DNA of 64,000 nucleotides from an uncultured delta proteobacterium (GTDB lineage: Bacteria > Desulfobacterota > Binatia > Binatales > Binataceae): the NCBI GenBank assembly GCA_963808235.1, contig CAWEEQ010000004.1, positions 1,184,001 to 1,248,000 of the forward strand, given 5' to 3'. Shown one piece after another: positions 1 through 9,636 of the stretch. Position 1 is the first letter of the stretch; the number at the start of each line of letters is the position of its first letter. The notes below the pieces were generated by a model that saw nothing but the letters and a program-made list of their open reading frames with translations, ran no database searches and was not told the origin of the DNA. Position numbers and translations under genes: made by a program.

Positions 1-1
1 C

Positions 2-79
2 CTGCGCGGGACCTCAGCGGATGTGCTGCCCAGGCTGGTGAAATCAGTCGAGGAGATTCGCCGGGAAAAGATGTCGTAG
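2..79 (+). CDS. 3' end of a gene truncated by the window edge, possibly a Sir2/CobB-family NAD-dependent deacylase
   Basis: Frame 2 reads LRGTSADVLPRLVKSVEEIRREKMS*, resembling the sirtuin C-terminal G.a...LP.lv segment; its stop directly abuts the stop of the convergent gene. Only 25 codons visible. Confidence 0.35.
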   Translation: MRGTSADVLPRLVKSVEEIRREKMS

Positions 80-1942
80 TTACTTTGAGGGTGAGATCGC
101 CATTGCCTCGATGTAGCCGTCCGCGGGCTTGGGCAACGGCTTGCCCGCGGTCGGGCGTTCGCGGAGCAGGACCATCTCGTCGCTGCCGTCGAGCGAAGTC
201 GGGTTGCTTATCATGACGATGTCGAATCGGCTCCGCCCGGCTTGAGGAAGCGCGTCGAACAGACTGCGCCAGGCGATAAGGTACTCAGGCATATTTGGAT
301 CGCGGATCGAGGTGATCGGAATCGTGCGACGGCTGTAGAAAGCAACGTCGTAGTTCATCGCGTTCAGATAGCCGACCCGATTGCCGTCCACGATTTTCAT
401 CGCATGGTCGGTGAAATCCCTGAGCGAAAGAGTGTTGGCGATTGCGGGCACAACGACAACGTTGACCGCAACCGTGATGAAGAGCATCGCGGCGACAGTC
501 CCGAGTACCATGCGTTCGATTCGCGGACGGATGCGAAGCAAAAATAATCCGACGACGATCAACGCAAAAGGTATCGCCACGGAGACAAACCATTGCTCTG
601 CCGCGGTGCGAGTCAGGATGCGCTGAAAGGACGCGGCGTGCACGTTTATCGCCGCGAATAGATCAGATACGGGCTGGGGCCGGATTATTAGCATCGCAAG
701 CGCCACCACCGCGCCCACGCCGGCTAGCAGCATCGCGAAGCCGCACAGCCTGCTCGTCCATCGGACTAACGTGCGCGTGACCTCGGGACGGGCGACCGCG
801 TCAGATACATAGATCGCGACGAGCGTGGCGAGAGCTGGATACAGGCACAGCAGATAGACGCCGCGTTTGCTCTGCGGAAAGTTGTAGAAGACGAGCACCG
901 AGACGAACCATACCAGGATGTACTTAAGACGCGGATCGAGCGCGCGAGGCTGCCGCGCGGTTTGGATGGCGACTATAGGCAGCAGAATCGTCCACGGCAT
1001 GAAACCGGCGAGCAGAGCCAGCTCCATATAGTAGAAGGGATGAAGGTGGCCTTCGTGGAAATCGTTGCCGCCGGCGAAGCGAAGAACATTTTCGGTGAGA
1101 ATTTGCTTGCGGAAGAAACCCGCGCCGCCTTCGACGTATGCCGCGACATACCATCCTCCGGCCAGAACGAGCACCACCATTGAGCCGCGGATGAGACCCA
1201 TGCGGCGAAGAAAGTCCCATCGACTTTCGATTGCGATCCAAATCAAGGCGACCATGCCGGGAAGAATCAGACCGATGGGCCCCTTGGTCAAAGCGGCAAG
1301 TGCTATCGCCACATAGAGCAGCATCCTGCGGCGGGTCAGTCCTTCGGCCATAAAAATAAATTCGAAGAACGCGACTTCCATAAAGAAAGTCAGCGTCATA
1401 TCGATGCGCGCGCCGGTTGCGGATTGCAGATACTGAAACGTGGTCGCGAGGATCAGCGAGGCGATGAGCGCGATCACGTCGTCGAACAGACGGCGGACGT
1501 AGAGGTAGCAGACGATTACTCCGGCGATCGCGAGGAATGCAGATGGCAGACGCACCGAGAATTCATTGACGCCGCCTGCGACTAGCGAGACCAGGGCGGC
1601 GAACCAATGCATCAGGAGCGGCTTGGAGGGAATTTCGATTCCCGCGCGTTGAGGCAGGATCAAACCGCCGCCGTGAACGATAGCGAAGACGGTCACCGCC
1701 TCGCGGGGTTCGCCCTTGGTGTAGAGCGGATAGCCGCCGAGGTTCACGAGATATAGCGCGACGCCCACGATCAGCAGGATCGGAACGGCGTGGCGTGGTT
1801 CGGCGAGATAGCGGAGCCATTGTGGGTGGTCGGGCATCGGCGCAGCGGCAACGGCGGCGGAAGCAGAATCGTCAGATGACGCGCCGCCAGCTTGGTGCGC
1901 TGTAAATTCGCCGATTTGAGTAGTTTCCTCTCCGGGTTTCAT
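80..1942 (-). CDS. ArnT/PMT-family (GT-C fold) glycosyltransferase
   Basis: Polytopic membrane protein with GEPRE, SKPLLMHW, EFSVRLPSA, ARIDM, ALTKGPIG, HPFYY and SKRGVYLL motifs typical of ArnT. Start uncertain (ATG 1942 or 1837). Confidence 0.85.
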   Translation of the reverse strand: MKPGEETTQIGEFTAHQAGGASSDDSASAAVAAAPMPDHPQWLRYLAEPRHAVPILLIVGVALYLVNLGGYPLYTKGEPREAVTVFAIVHGGGLILPQRAGIEIPSKPLLMHWFAALVSLVAGGVNEFSVRLPSAFLAIAGVIVCYLYVRRLFDDVIALIASLILATTFQYLQSATGARIDMTLTFFMEVAFFEFIFMAEGLTRRRMLLYVAIALAALTKGPIGLILPGMVALIWIAIESRWDFLRRMGLIRGSMVVLVLAGGWYVAAYVEGGAGFFRKQILTENVLRFAGGNDFHEGHLHPFYYMELALLAGFMPWTILLPIVAIQTARQPRALDPRLKYILVWFVSVLVFYNFPQSKRGVYLLCLYPALATLVAIYVSDAVARPEVTRTLVRWTSRLCGFAMLLAGVGAVVALAMLIIRPQPVSDLFAAINVHAASFQRILTRTAAEQWFVSVAIPFALIVVGLFLLRIRPRIERMVLGTVAAMLFITVAVNVVVVPAIANTLSLRDFTDHAMKIVDGNRVGYLNAMNYDVAFYSRRTIPITSIRDPNMPEYLIAWRSLFDALPQAGRSRFDIVMISNPTSLDGSDEMVLLRERPTAGKPLPKPADGYIEAMAISPSK

Positions 1943-2100
1943 TTTGGAACGGCACATAGCGACGCGGCGCCATTTTGCACCGCGCTTCGCTCCGAATAAC
2001 ATACCGGCACGAGAGCAAATTTGCAGGGTCCGGGCATCGCGCATTTCGCAGGCCCCGATCCTGAGATCTCAAAATCAAAGCGCTACAGGAGCTTGCTGCC

Positions 2101-2928
2101 ATGAGACTCGAAGACAAAGTGGCGATCGTGACGGGATGCGCGCGCGAGCGCGGAATTGGGCGGGCGATCGCGACGCGGCTTGCGCAAGAGGGCGCCCACG
2201 TCGTGGTCGCGGACTATTGCCGCTCGATCGCGGAATATCCGGACGCGAAGTTCGGGCAGATGGAGGAACTCGAAGGTGTGGCGGCAGAAATTCGCAAGCT
2301 TGGGCGACGAAGCCTCCCGGTCAAGGTCGATGTGACCGACGAGGCCGAGGTGACTCAAATGGCGGCGGCCGCGATGAAGGAATTTGGCCGGGTGGATATT
2401 CTCTGCAACAACGCCGGCGGCGGAGTCGGCGGGGGGCCTGTGATTCAGCAGACGCTGGATTCATGGAATCGCACCGTTGCAATCAACCTGACCGGAACTT
2501 TTCTGTGCGCCAAACACGTTGCGCCAAAAATCATTGCGGGCGGACGCGGCGGCAGGATTATCAACACCGCGTCGATCGCCGGAAAACGCGGCGGCCCGAT
2601 GATGGCGGCCTACTCGGCGGCCAAGCACGGCGTGATCGGGCTTACCCGAAGCCTCGCGCTGGAGCTGGGAGCGTTCAAGATCACTGTCAACGCGGTATGC
2701 CCGGGATTCGTGGAGACGCAACTTTTCGAGGGGCTGATCAACATGGTCGGCTCGACGCGCAACATGAATCGCGAGCAGGTGCTCCAGACGTTCGTGAATC
2801 AAGTGCCGATGGGCCGGATGCAGACCGGCGAAGACGTCGCGAACGTGGTTGCGTTCCTGGCGTCAGAAGACGGCGGATACATGACCGGGCAGGCGCTGAA
2901 TATCTGCGGCGGCGTCGAGGTGCATTGA
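2101..2928 (+). CDS. SDR-family oxidoreductase with mycofactocin-type insertion
   Basis: TGCARERGIG Rossmann motif, NNAG, YSAAK catalytic motif, AGGAG RBS; extra loop DYCRSIAEYPDAKFGQMEEL after strand beta2. Confidence 0.9.
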   Translation: MRLEDKVAIVTGCARERGIGRAIATRLAQEGAHVVVADYCRSIAEYPDAKFGQMEELEGVAAEIRKLGRRSLPVKVDVTDEAEVTQMAAAAMKEFGRVDILCNNAGGGVGGGPVIQQTLDSWNRTVAINLTGTFLCAKHVAPKIIAGGRGGRIINTASIAGKRGGPMMAAYSAAKHGVIGLTRSLALELGAFKITVNAVCPGFVETQLFEGLINMVGSTRNMNREQVLQTFVNQVPMGRMQTGEDVANVVAFLASEDGGYMTGQALNICGGVEVH

Positions 2929-2949
2929 GGCGCGCGTAGGCGCCCCTGA

Positions 2950-3153
2950 TCAGTATTCGGTTTTGACGCGAGCGCGGCCGGTATCGTCGTAGAGGTACAC
3001 GTCGGCCGGATTTTCGTCGCGGGTTTTCTTGTGCGAGCCGTCGCAGAACGGCTTGTTTTTAGAAAGTCCGCACGCACAGATGTAGATCGGCAGCTCGGTG
3101 CCTTCAGGAACTTCGTAAGGAGAATTTTTTTCGTGTCTGATCAATCGGGCCAT
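2950..3153 (-). CDS. CDGSH iron-sulfur domain protein
   Basis: [16 protein letters not shown] 3Cys-1His [2Fe-2S] signature in a 67-aa ORF. Confidence 0.9.
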   Translation of the reverse strand: MARLIRHEKNSPYEVPEGTELPIYICACGLSKNKPFCDGSHKKTRDENPADVYLYDDTGRARVKTEY

Positions 3154-3260
3154 GGATAGTCCCTCGGTCTGAGTTTCGATTTCGCAGCGGCTTCAATGAG
3201 TCACTAAAGTCCAGGCGGCGCGCAGAGTCAAATGAGCACGGGGCCTTCAAAGTCAGCGAT

Positions 3261-4250
3261 TCAGATCATCGGTTCGTGGATTGCTTCGGCGGCTTCGGAA
3301 GCGGGGTGCTTGCGATGCGGATCGGCGCCGAGGACGAGAGCCACAACTCCGCTTACAGAGATTAGGATGCCGACAACCTCGCGCGTGGTTGCGCGCTCGC
3401 CGAGGAATATCACGGCGAAGAGAATTGAGAGGATTGGAATGCCGGGGACTACCAGCGCGGTTGTCCATGCAAGCGAGAGGCGGTTGATGGCTCCGTACCA
3501 CGTCAGCGCGCTCATGAAGTAGATGAAGAAGCCGGTAACCAAGATTATGCCGAGCGAGTTCAAGTCGGTGAGTTGCACGAGCGATGCGCGGCGGAACAGA
3601 AGCAGCATCGCGGTGAGAACGATCGAGGCATAGAGGAAGCGGCCGCCGGTGATCGAAGTGGGCGTCAGCGGCGGCATCAGCTTCAGACCCATCACGTGCG
3701 ACGCCTGCCAGAAAAGTGGAGTCATGAAGACGAGAGCGGCCGCCCAAGCGGGTGAGAATGCTCCGCCGGTGCCGAACACCGAGCCGATACCGACCAGCAC
3801 GATCGCGGTCGCGAACAACTGGCGAATCGACGGGCGCTCGCCGACGAAGATTGTCGAGAGCACCAGCGAGTAGACCGGCTCAGTCTGCAAGAGCAGAACG
3901 CCGGCCACGGCGCCGATTCCCGTGAGTCCGTAGGTCAGAGTGAGGCTCGTCATCACGGTTCCCGCCATCGACATCACGAACAGGCGCGCGCGATAACGCG
4001 GGTCGACGATCAGTTTCAGCTCGCCGCTGAAGTAAAGCAGCGGGGCGGTGCAGATCGAGGCGAATACGACGGCGCCGGTGCAGAAGAGCAGGGGATCCAG
4101 GTTGACGGCGCCCCATCGCGTGATCACCGGCTGGCCGGCGCCGATAACCGTATTGATGACGCAGAGCGTCAGCCCGACCTGAAATGCTCGCGAGCGACGG
4201 GCCACCGCCGCGCTGGCGAGCGCATCGGCCGGTGAAACGCTAGTCGCCAC
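3261..4250 (-). CDS. DMT/EamA-family transporter
   Basis: About 10 hydrophobic helices in two repeats (LLLQTEPVYS...FVGERPS; PILSILFAVIFLGERAT). Confidence 0.88.
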   Translation of the reverse strand: MATSVSPADALASAAVARRSRAFQVGLTLCVINTVIGAGQPVITRWGAVNLDPLLFCTGAVVFASICTAPLLYFSGELKLIVDPRYRARLFVMSMAGTVMTSLTLTYGLTGIGAVAGVLLLQTEPVYSLVLSTIFVGERPSIRQLFATAIVLVGIGSVFGTGGAFSPAWAAALVFMTPLFWQASHVMGLKLMPPLTPTSITGGRFLYASIVLTAMLLLFRRASLVQLTDLNSLGIILVTGFFIYFMSALTWYGAINRLSLAWTTALVVPGIPILSILFAVIFLGERATTREVVGILISVSGVVALVLGADPHRKHPASEAAEAIHEPMI

Positions 4251-4253
4251 GTG

Positions 4254-5039
4254 TTACCCGCGGGACATCGCAATTGCGACGACCGCGACGCCTACGATGA
4301 TTCGATAAATCGCAAAGGGCTGATAAGTGCGGGTTCGGACAAAGCTCAGCAACCCGGCGATCGCAGCGATTCCGAAGGCGGCTGAAGCCACAAAGCCCCA
4401 CCCGAGCTGAGCGGTCAGGCCGGCGTGGAGAAACTTATGCAGCTCGAGCATCCCGGCGCCCGCGATGATTGGGGTCGCCATCAGGAAGGAGAAATTTGCC
4501 GCATCGGCGCGATCGATCCCCAGCAGACGGGCCGTGGTGATGGTGGCGCCGGAGCGCGAGACGCCAGGGATAATCGCGAGCGCCTGGCTGAGGCCGATCA
4601 GGAGGGCGTCGAGGAGACTAATATCTTCTATTTTGCGCTTTTTGGAACCAATCCAATCAGCCGCCCATAGCAAGATGCCCATCACGGCCAGCGTGATCGC
4701 GATCAGAACCGGCGAGCGAAAGATCGTTTCGGCTTGTTTCTCGAGCAAAACCCCGATGATCGCACCGGGAACGGACGCAACTACGAGCAGGTAAAGCAGG
4801 CGTCGTGGAAGCGGCCGCCCGTCGGCCAGCGACATGCCCATGTCGAGCCACTCTCGCCAATAATAGATGAGCAGCGCCAAGAGTGTGCCGAGATGGAGTG
4901 CGACGTCGAATGCCAACCCCGGATCCTGCCATCGCAGGAGCCATGGAACTATTATAAGATGGGCTGAGCTTGAGACCGGGAGAAACTCCGTCAAGCCTTG
5001 GACGATGCCCAGAACGATTGCTTGAAATATAGAAATCAT
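4254..5039 (-). CDS. uppP: undecaprenyl-diphosphate phosphatase
   Basis: GIVQGLTEFLPVSSSAH and PGVSRSGAT signature motifs. Confidence 0.96.
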   Translation of the reverse strand: MISIFQAIVLGIVQGLTEFLPVSSSAHLIIVPWLLRWQDPGLAFDVALHLGTLLALLIYYWREWLDMGMSLADGRPLPRRLLYLLVVASVPGAIIGVLLEKQAETIFRSPVLIAITLAVMGILLWAADWIGSKKRKIEDISLLDALLIGLSQALAIIPGVSRSGATITTARLLGIDRADAANFSFLMATPIIAGAGMLELHKFLHAGLTAQLGWGFVASAAFGIAAIAGLLSFVRTRTYQPFAIYRIIVGVAVVAIAMSRG

Positions 5040-5145
5040 AGTATTTTCAGGTACTTAGCCTTGAAACTGAGTATCTTGAGCTTGTTTGATCGAGTACAAT
5101 TGACCTTGAAAGGCGCATTTGAGTGAATAACTGTCGAGTTTCTCC

Positions 5146-5173
5146 TTGATCGGCGCAGGACTTGGTTTAGAAT
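5146..5173 (+). promoter_or_regulatory. candidate sigma70 promoter for the 5228 ORF
   Basis: TTGATC-16 nt-TAGAAT in the AT-richer divergent intergenic region. Confidence 0.35.
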
Positions 5174-5227
5174 TGTTGCTCGTTAGCACGGGGACGGAGA
5201 CGAGGTTGGCAGGAGGTCCTTAAATCC

Positions 5228-5551
5228 ATGAATCGAGGCCTTAAAGGGAAAGTGATACCCCTTCGGGAAGGGAGCGCGGTCGAAGCGGACGGCGCGCTCG
5301 ACCAGTCTGGCGTTTGGGATGACATCCGTCCGGGCGAACCGCATCCGTTTCCGGTTGTTTCAACACTGCCACGTCTACCGGTGATGATCCCCGACGAGAT
5401 CCTTGATTACTACGGATGGGTTTTCTGCCAGGGCGGGTTCCTTAATCTCCAGATGACGTTTGAGCAGTTCCTGGCGGTCGTCGCGGCGGTGAGTCCCGCG
5501 TGCCTCAGTCCCGAATACGACGCGAGCGAGGCGTCGTACCCCAACGACTGA
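5228..5551 (+). CDS. hypothetical protein (107 aa)
   Basis: AGGAGG RBS upstream, candidate promoter, hairpin terminator downstream; no family recognised. Confidence 0.6.
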   Translation: MNRGLKGKVIPLREGSAVEADGALDQSGVWDDIRPGEPHPFPVVSTLPRLPVMIPDEILDYYGWVFCQGGFLNLQMTFEQFLAVVAAVSPACLSPEYDASEASYPND

Positions 5552-5582
5552 CGGCCGAGAATCGAACAATACTGTACTTTTG

Positions 5583-5619
5583 ATGCCCGCCCGGGCCTGC
5601 TTGGGCGGGCATTGCTTTT
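5583..5619 (+). terminator. intrinsic terminator-like hairpin between convergent genes
   Basis: ATGCCCGCCCGGG-cctg-CTTGGGCGGGCAT, 13-bp stem with two G-U pairs, followed by TGCTTTT. Confidence 0.55.
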
Positions 5620-5676
5620 GGCGCCCGCAGTTTTTTTCGTGCCTCGGGTCCGACGTATTATCTGTCATTTGTCTTA

Positions 5677-6381
5677 TCAATCATCTGCATCTGTCCGCGC
5701 ACCCTTTTTTGCATGACTAAGAAGGCTGTTTCTGATCCACACGCTCGGCAACCCCGAAGCGTCGGCGGGCGATTTGAGTCCGTTATCTTGCGCGATTATC
5801 TGCCAATTGTCTTCGTTGCCAGTGGCGCGCCGGGCAAGCGCCTTCAGATCCTCGTTGGGGAGCAGGGCATAGTTAACGCCGCCCTCGCTGGGAGTTCCGT
5901 TGGAGGGCGGAAATTTGGCGGCGAGCTGTTCCATTTTGTCGAACAGATTCAAGCGAGTGCTGGCTTTGTATTTGGGAAGCTCGTCGTCAGAAATGTCTTC
6001 CGTGCGGACGTTGATGATGACTCGCGAACGGCGAGGGCCTTGCGGCACGACCTCGACCTCGTAGCGATATTGCGGATGCACTCCGACGATACTTCCGAGC
6101 ATACCGCCTTGCACGTCGGCGTCGCGCCACAGCGTGACGAGCTTGTCGTCGGGCTTGACCTCGAAGAGCACGCCCTCGCCGCGCAGCACGTCCTGGGTCA
6201 GAAGGAATGAATCGTTGGACGGATACGGAAAGTCGCGCTGCTCGCCCATAGCCGCATCGGTACCGCCACCGGCGGCGCGATTGGCGTAGTAGCCCGCGCA
6301 TCCGACAGCGAGCAGCATTAGAGAATAGATCGAGAGCTTCGAAATTTGACGGATCACAAACCACGCGCGACTCAGCACCAT
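5677..6381 (-). CDS. putative lipoprotein with C-terminal LysM-like segment
   Basis: Signal peptide with lipobox-like LAVGC; C-terminus YALLPNEDLKALARRATGNEDNWQIIAQDNGLKSP resembles LysM. Start uncertain. Confidence 0.65.
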   Translation of the reverse strand: MVLSRAWFVIRQISKLSIYSLMLLAVGCAGYYANRAAGGGTDAAMGEQRDFPYPSNDSFLLTQDVLRGEGVLFEVKPDDKLVTLWRDADVQGGMLGSIVGVHPQYRYEVEVVPQGPRRSRVIINVRTEDISDDELPKYKASTRLNLFDKMEQLAAKFPPSNGTPSEGGVNYALLPNEDLKALARRATGNEDNWQIIAQDNGLKSPADASGLPSVWIRNSLLSHAKKGARTDADD

Positions 6382-6496
6382 GCTAGGAAACCATGCGAAT
6401 ACCGCGTGCGCAAGACGACGACTCAGCGCGGGGCTCGACTTTGCGCGCGGATGAGATTGCACGATTCGTTCGCAGACGGTAATCAAAGATACCCTT

Positions 6497-7858
6497 ATGA
6501 CTGCCCAACAGAATGATACATCGCGTCACGTGATGGCCGTGGTCGGCGCGGCGACGGCGGGTTCGGAAATTGCGCGGATTTTGGCGGAACGCGGCGCGCT
6601 GGTGATCGTATTCGAGCAGAACCCGCGGCCGTACGGCAAAATCGAAGACGGTCTGCCGCGATGGCACGTTAAGCAGCGCCACGACGAATACGAGGAGATC
6701 AACAAGCGCCTCGATCACCCTAATATCGAGTACGTGCCAAAGACGCGGATGGGGCGCGATCTCGATTTCGAGGAACTGCGCTCGCGATGGGGCCTGAACG
6801 GAATCGTGCTATCGCACGGCGCGTGGCGGGATCGGCCATTTCCAGTCGAGGGAGTGGACGAGTTCATCGATCGCGGCCTGGTCTATCAGAACAAGCTGAT
6901 TTACTGGTTCAATCATTATCTCGAAAAGGCGTATGACGGTCCGCGCTACGAGCTTAGCCCGGGCGTTACGGTCGTTGGCGGAGGGCTCGCGTCGATCGAC
7001 GTAGTGAAGGTCTTGCAAATCGAGACCGTGCTCACGGCGCTGAAGACGCGTGGAATCGAGGCGGACATGCTCGCGCTCGAGCGCGAAGGAATCGAGCCGG
7101 TGCTCAACGCGCGCGGGCTCAAGTACACAGACCTGGGTGTCGCACCGTGCAAGCTGTTTTATCGGCGGCGCGTACTCGACATGCCGCTCTCGGATATTCC
7201 TCCCGATGCGCCTGCGAAGCGAGCTGAAGCGCTCAAGATGGCGCGCGCGAAGATCCTTGAAAAGGCGCAGCGCAAATTTCTGTTCGAGTTCCAGGAGCTC
7301 CGCGCGCCCAGCGGCGTGATTACCGAAGGCGGCCTCATGGTTGGAGTAAATTTCAGCCGCACCGAAGTAGCGGACGGGCAAGTGCGAATCGTGCAGGAGA
7401 ATGCGGAAACGGCGCGCGCGAAGCTGACGATCAGCTCGATCGGGAGCATCCCGGAGCCGATCCCCGGAATACCTCAGCAGGGCGAGGTGTATACCTACGT
7501 CGATCGAAATGTCGGGCTCCTCATGGACGGACCAACGGCGGTATACGCGGCCGGCAACGTGCTGACGGGCAAAGGCAATATCAAGGACTCGCTGGAAAGC
7601 GGCACCGAGATTGGCATCCGCGTTGCCGAAGCATACCTGGGTCTGTCGGGAGAAGAATCGAGGCTCGCGGAGGGTGCGCGTAAGGAAGCGGCGGCGTCCG
7701 GCGAAAAAATTGCGGGCGCGATGAACGTGCGGCCGAAAATTTCGGAAGCGCAAGTCGCGGAACTGCTAAAACGGGTGCGCGAACGCCAGCGCGCGGTCGG
7801 CTACGAAGGCAGCTATCGCGCCTGGATCGGCAAAGTCACTCCGCCCGATCTGCAGTAG
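6497..7858 (+). CDS. FAD/NAD(P)-dependent oxidoreductase (ferredoxin-NADP+ reductase/GltD-like)
   Basis: N-terminal VVGAATAG...VFEQNPRPYG, second Rossmann motif VVGGGLASID, C-terminal VYAAGN. Confidence 0.82.
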   Translation: MTAQQNDTSRHVMAVVGAATAGSEIARILAERGALVIVFEQNPRPYGKIEDGLPRWHVKQRHDEYEEINKRLDHPNIEYVPKTRMGRDLDFEELRSRWGLNGIVLSHGAWRDRPFPVEGVDEFIDRGLVYQNKLIYWFNHYLEKAYDGPRYELSPGVTVVGGGLASIDVVKVLQIETVLTALKTRGIEADMLALEREGIEPVLNARGLKYTDLGVAPCKLFYRRRVLDMPLSDIPPDAPAKRAEALKMARAKILEKAQRKFLFEFQELRAPSGVITEGGLMVGVNFSRTEVADGQVRIVQENAETARAKLTISSIGSIPEPIPGIPQQGEVYTYVDRNVGLLMDGPTAVYAAGNVLTGKGNIKDSLESGTEIGIRVAEAYLGLSGEESRLAEGARKEAAASGEKIAGAMNVRPKISEAQVAELLKRVRERQRAVGYEGSYRAWIGKVTPPDLQ

Positions 7859-7875
7859 GTAGTTCGCGCAATTTT

Positions 7876-7907
7876 CTCTCCTTTCCAAGGAGAGGGTTAG
7901 GGTGAGG
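7876..7907. repeat. REP-like palindromic intergenic repeat (CCCTCTCC/GGAGAGGG family)
   Basis: CTCTCCTT-tcc-AAGGAGAG hairpin followed by GGTTAGGGTGAGG; related copies at 11153 and 35786. Confidence 0.65.
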
Positions 7908-8257
7908 TTTCACGCCCGCCGTCCCAACCTCGTCAAATTGCCGTCTCGAGGATCCAGCTGCCATCCAATTCCCACGGTCACCAGATTACGCAAACCTCTC
8001 CGGACAGTGACTCTCCTATCAAAGGAGATCGCACCCTTCCAAAGGGGTAAGTCCTTCCGCAGACCGAGAGCAGAATACCGTCCTCGGGATTTTGCGATTG
8101 ACACCGGGTGCAGGGGTCAGCCCCTGCCGCCAGCCGCGCAGGCGTGACTAAGATTCTTCGTTGTTGTGCATAATCCCGAAAACATTTTGCGCGCCAAGTT
8201 TTGCGTCGCCGGGCGCACGCCTGTAGGCTTTGCCTATCAGGCCAACGGAGGTGCGGT

Positions 8258-9505
8258 GTGGACGAACTCAAGCGAACTGATCCCGAAATTTTCAAGCTCA
8301 TCCAGGAAGAAGAGCGCTACGAGATCGATTCGATTCGTCTAATCCCTTCGGAGAATTACGTCTCCAAGGCGGTGCTGGAGGCAACCGGATCGATTCTCAC
8401 CAACAAATATTCCGAGGGCTACTCAGGGCGCCGCTACTACGAAGGCCAGCGCTACATCGATCAGATCGAAACGATTACAGTCAATCGCGCGAAGGCGCTG
8501 TTTAAAGCCGATCACGCCAACGTTCAGCCGTATTCCGGCTCTCCCGCGAACCTCGCCATATACTACGCGCTTGCCAAGCCGGGCGAGAAACTGATGGGCC
8601 TTGCGTTGCCGCATGGCGGCCATTTGAGCCACGGATGGGGCGTGACGCTCTCGGGCACGTTGTGGACCGCGGTTCCTTACGAGGTGGACCGCGAGACCCA
8701 GCGCATCGACTACGATGCGATGCGGTCGCAGGCGCGCAAGGAGCGCCCGCGAATCATCATCGCCGGCACCACCGCATACCCGCGTCAGCTCGACTTCAAG
8801 ATTTTCGCCGAGGTGGCGAAGGAAGTCGGCGCCTACCTATTGGCCGACATCTCGCACATCGCGGGACTGATCGTCGGCGGTGTGCATCCTGATCCCTCGC
8901 CTTTTGCCGACGTGATGATGACCACGACGCACAAGACGCTGCGCGGTCCGCGCGGCGCGATGATCCTGTGCAAAGCGGAGTTCGCCGAACGTATCGATCG
9001 CGCGGTTTTTCCGGGGCTTCAGGGCGGGCCGCACAATCACACCACCGCCGGAATCAGCGTGGCGCTCAAGGAGGCGGCGACGCCGGAATTCAAGCAGTAT
9101 GCCGCCAATGTCGTCCGCAACGCGAAGACACTTGCTGATGAATTGCTCGCGCGAGGCCTCACGCTAGTCTCGGGCGGCACCGACACTCACCTGATACTTA
9201 TCGATCTGCAGGGCAAGAACGTGACCGGCCGCAAAGCCGCGAAGGCGCTCGACGCCGCAGGCATCGTCTGCAACTTTAACACCGTTCCCTACGATCCGCG
9301 CAAACCGTTCAGCCCGAGCGGGATCAGACTCGGCACGCCCGCAGTCACGTCGCGCGGAATGGGCGACGCCGAGATGCGCCAAATCGGAAAGTGGATGGAC
9401 GACGCGCTCTCCCACGTCAACGACGAAGCAGCGCTGAAACGCATCGCAGGCGAAGTCACCGAGATGTGCCGTAAATTCCCCGCGCCAGGCATCGCGCCGA
9501 CTTAG
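8258..9505 (+). CDS. glyA: serine hydroxymethyltransferase
   Basis: LIPSENY, NKYSEGY, ANVQPYSGS, GGHLSHG, TTTHKTLRGPRG (PLP lysine), FPGLQGGP; GGAGG RBS before GTG 8258. Confidence 0.98.
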   Translation: MDELKRTDPEIFKLIQEEERYEIDSIRLIPSENYVSKAVLEATGSILTNKYSEGYSGRRYYEGQRYIDQIETITVNRAKALFKADHANVQPYSGSPANLAIYYALAKPGEKLMGLALPHGGHLSHGWGVTLSGTLWTAVPYEVDRETQRIDYDAMRSQARKERPRIIIAGTTAYPRQLDFKIFAEVAKEVGAYLLADISHIAGLIVGGVHPDPSPFADVMMTTTHKTLRGPRGAMILCKAEFAERIDRAVFPGLQGGPHNHTTAGISVALKEAATPEFKQYAANVVRNAKTLADELLARGLTLVSGGTDTHLILIDLQGKNVTGRKAAKALDAAGIVCNFNTVPYDPRKPFSPSGIRLGTPAVTSRGMGDAEMRQIGKWMDDALSHVNDEAALKRIAGEVTEMCRKFPAPGIAPT

Positions 9506-9636
9506 TCGACAGCCGCGCCATCCCGACAATCCCAGGAGAATTCCCGCCTATTAAGTCTGCGCAATTGGTGGTATCTCCACGTCCGTAGCTGTTTATTTCT
9601 CGGAAATTGTTTCGGGGGAGGGAGGACTAGACGGAG

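Noticed and set aside
7900-8257. Glycine, ZTP or THF riboswitch upstream of glyA
   Set aside because: No recognisable conserved cores (for example GGAGA...CCGAAG...CTCAGG) seen.
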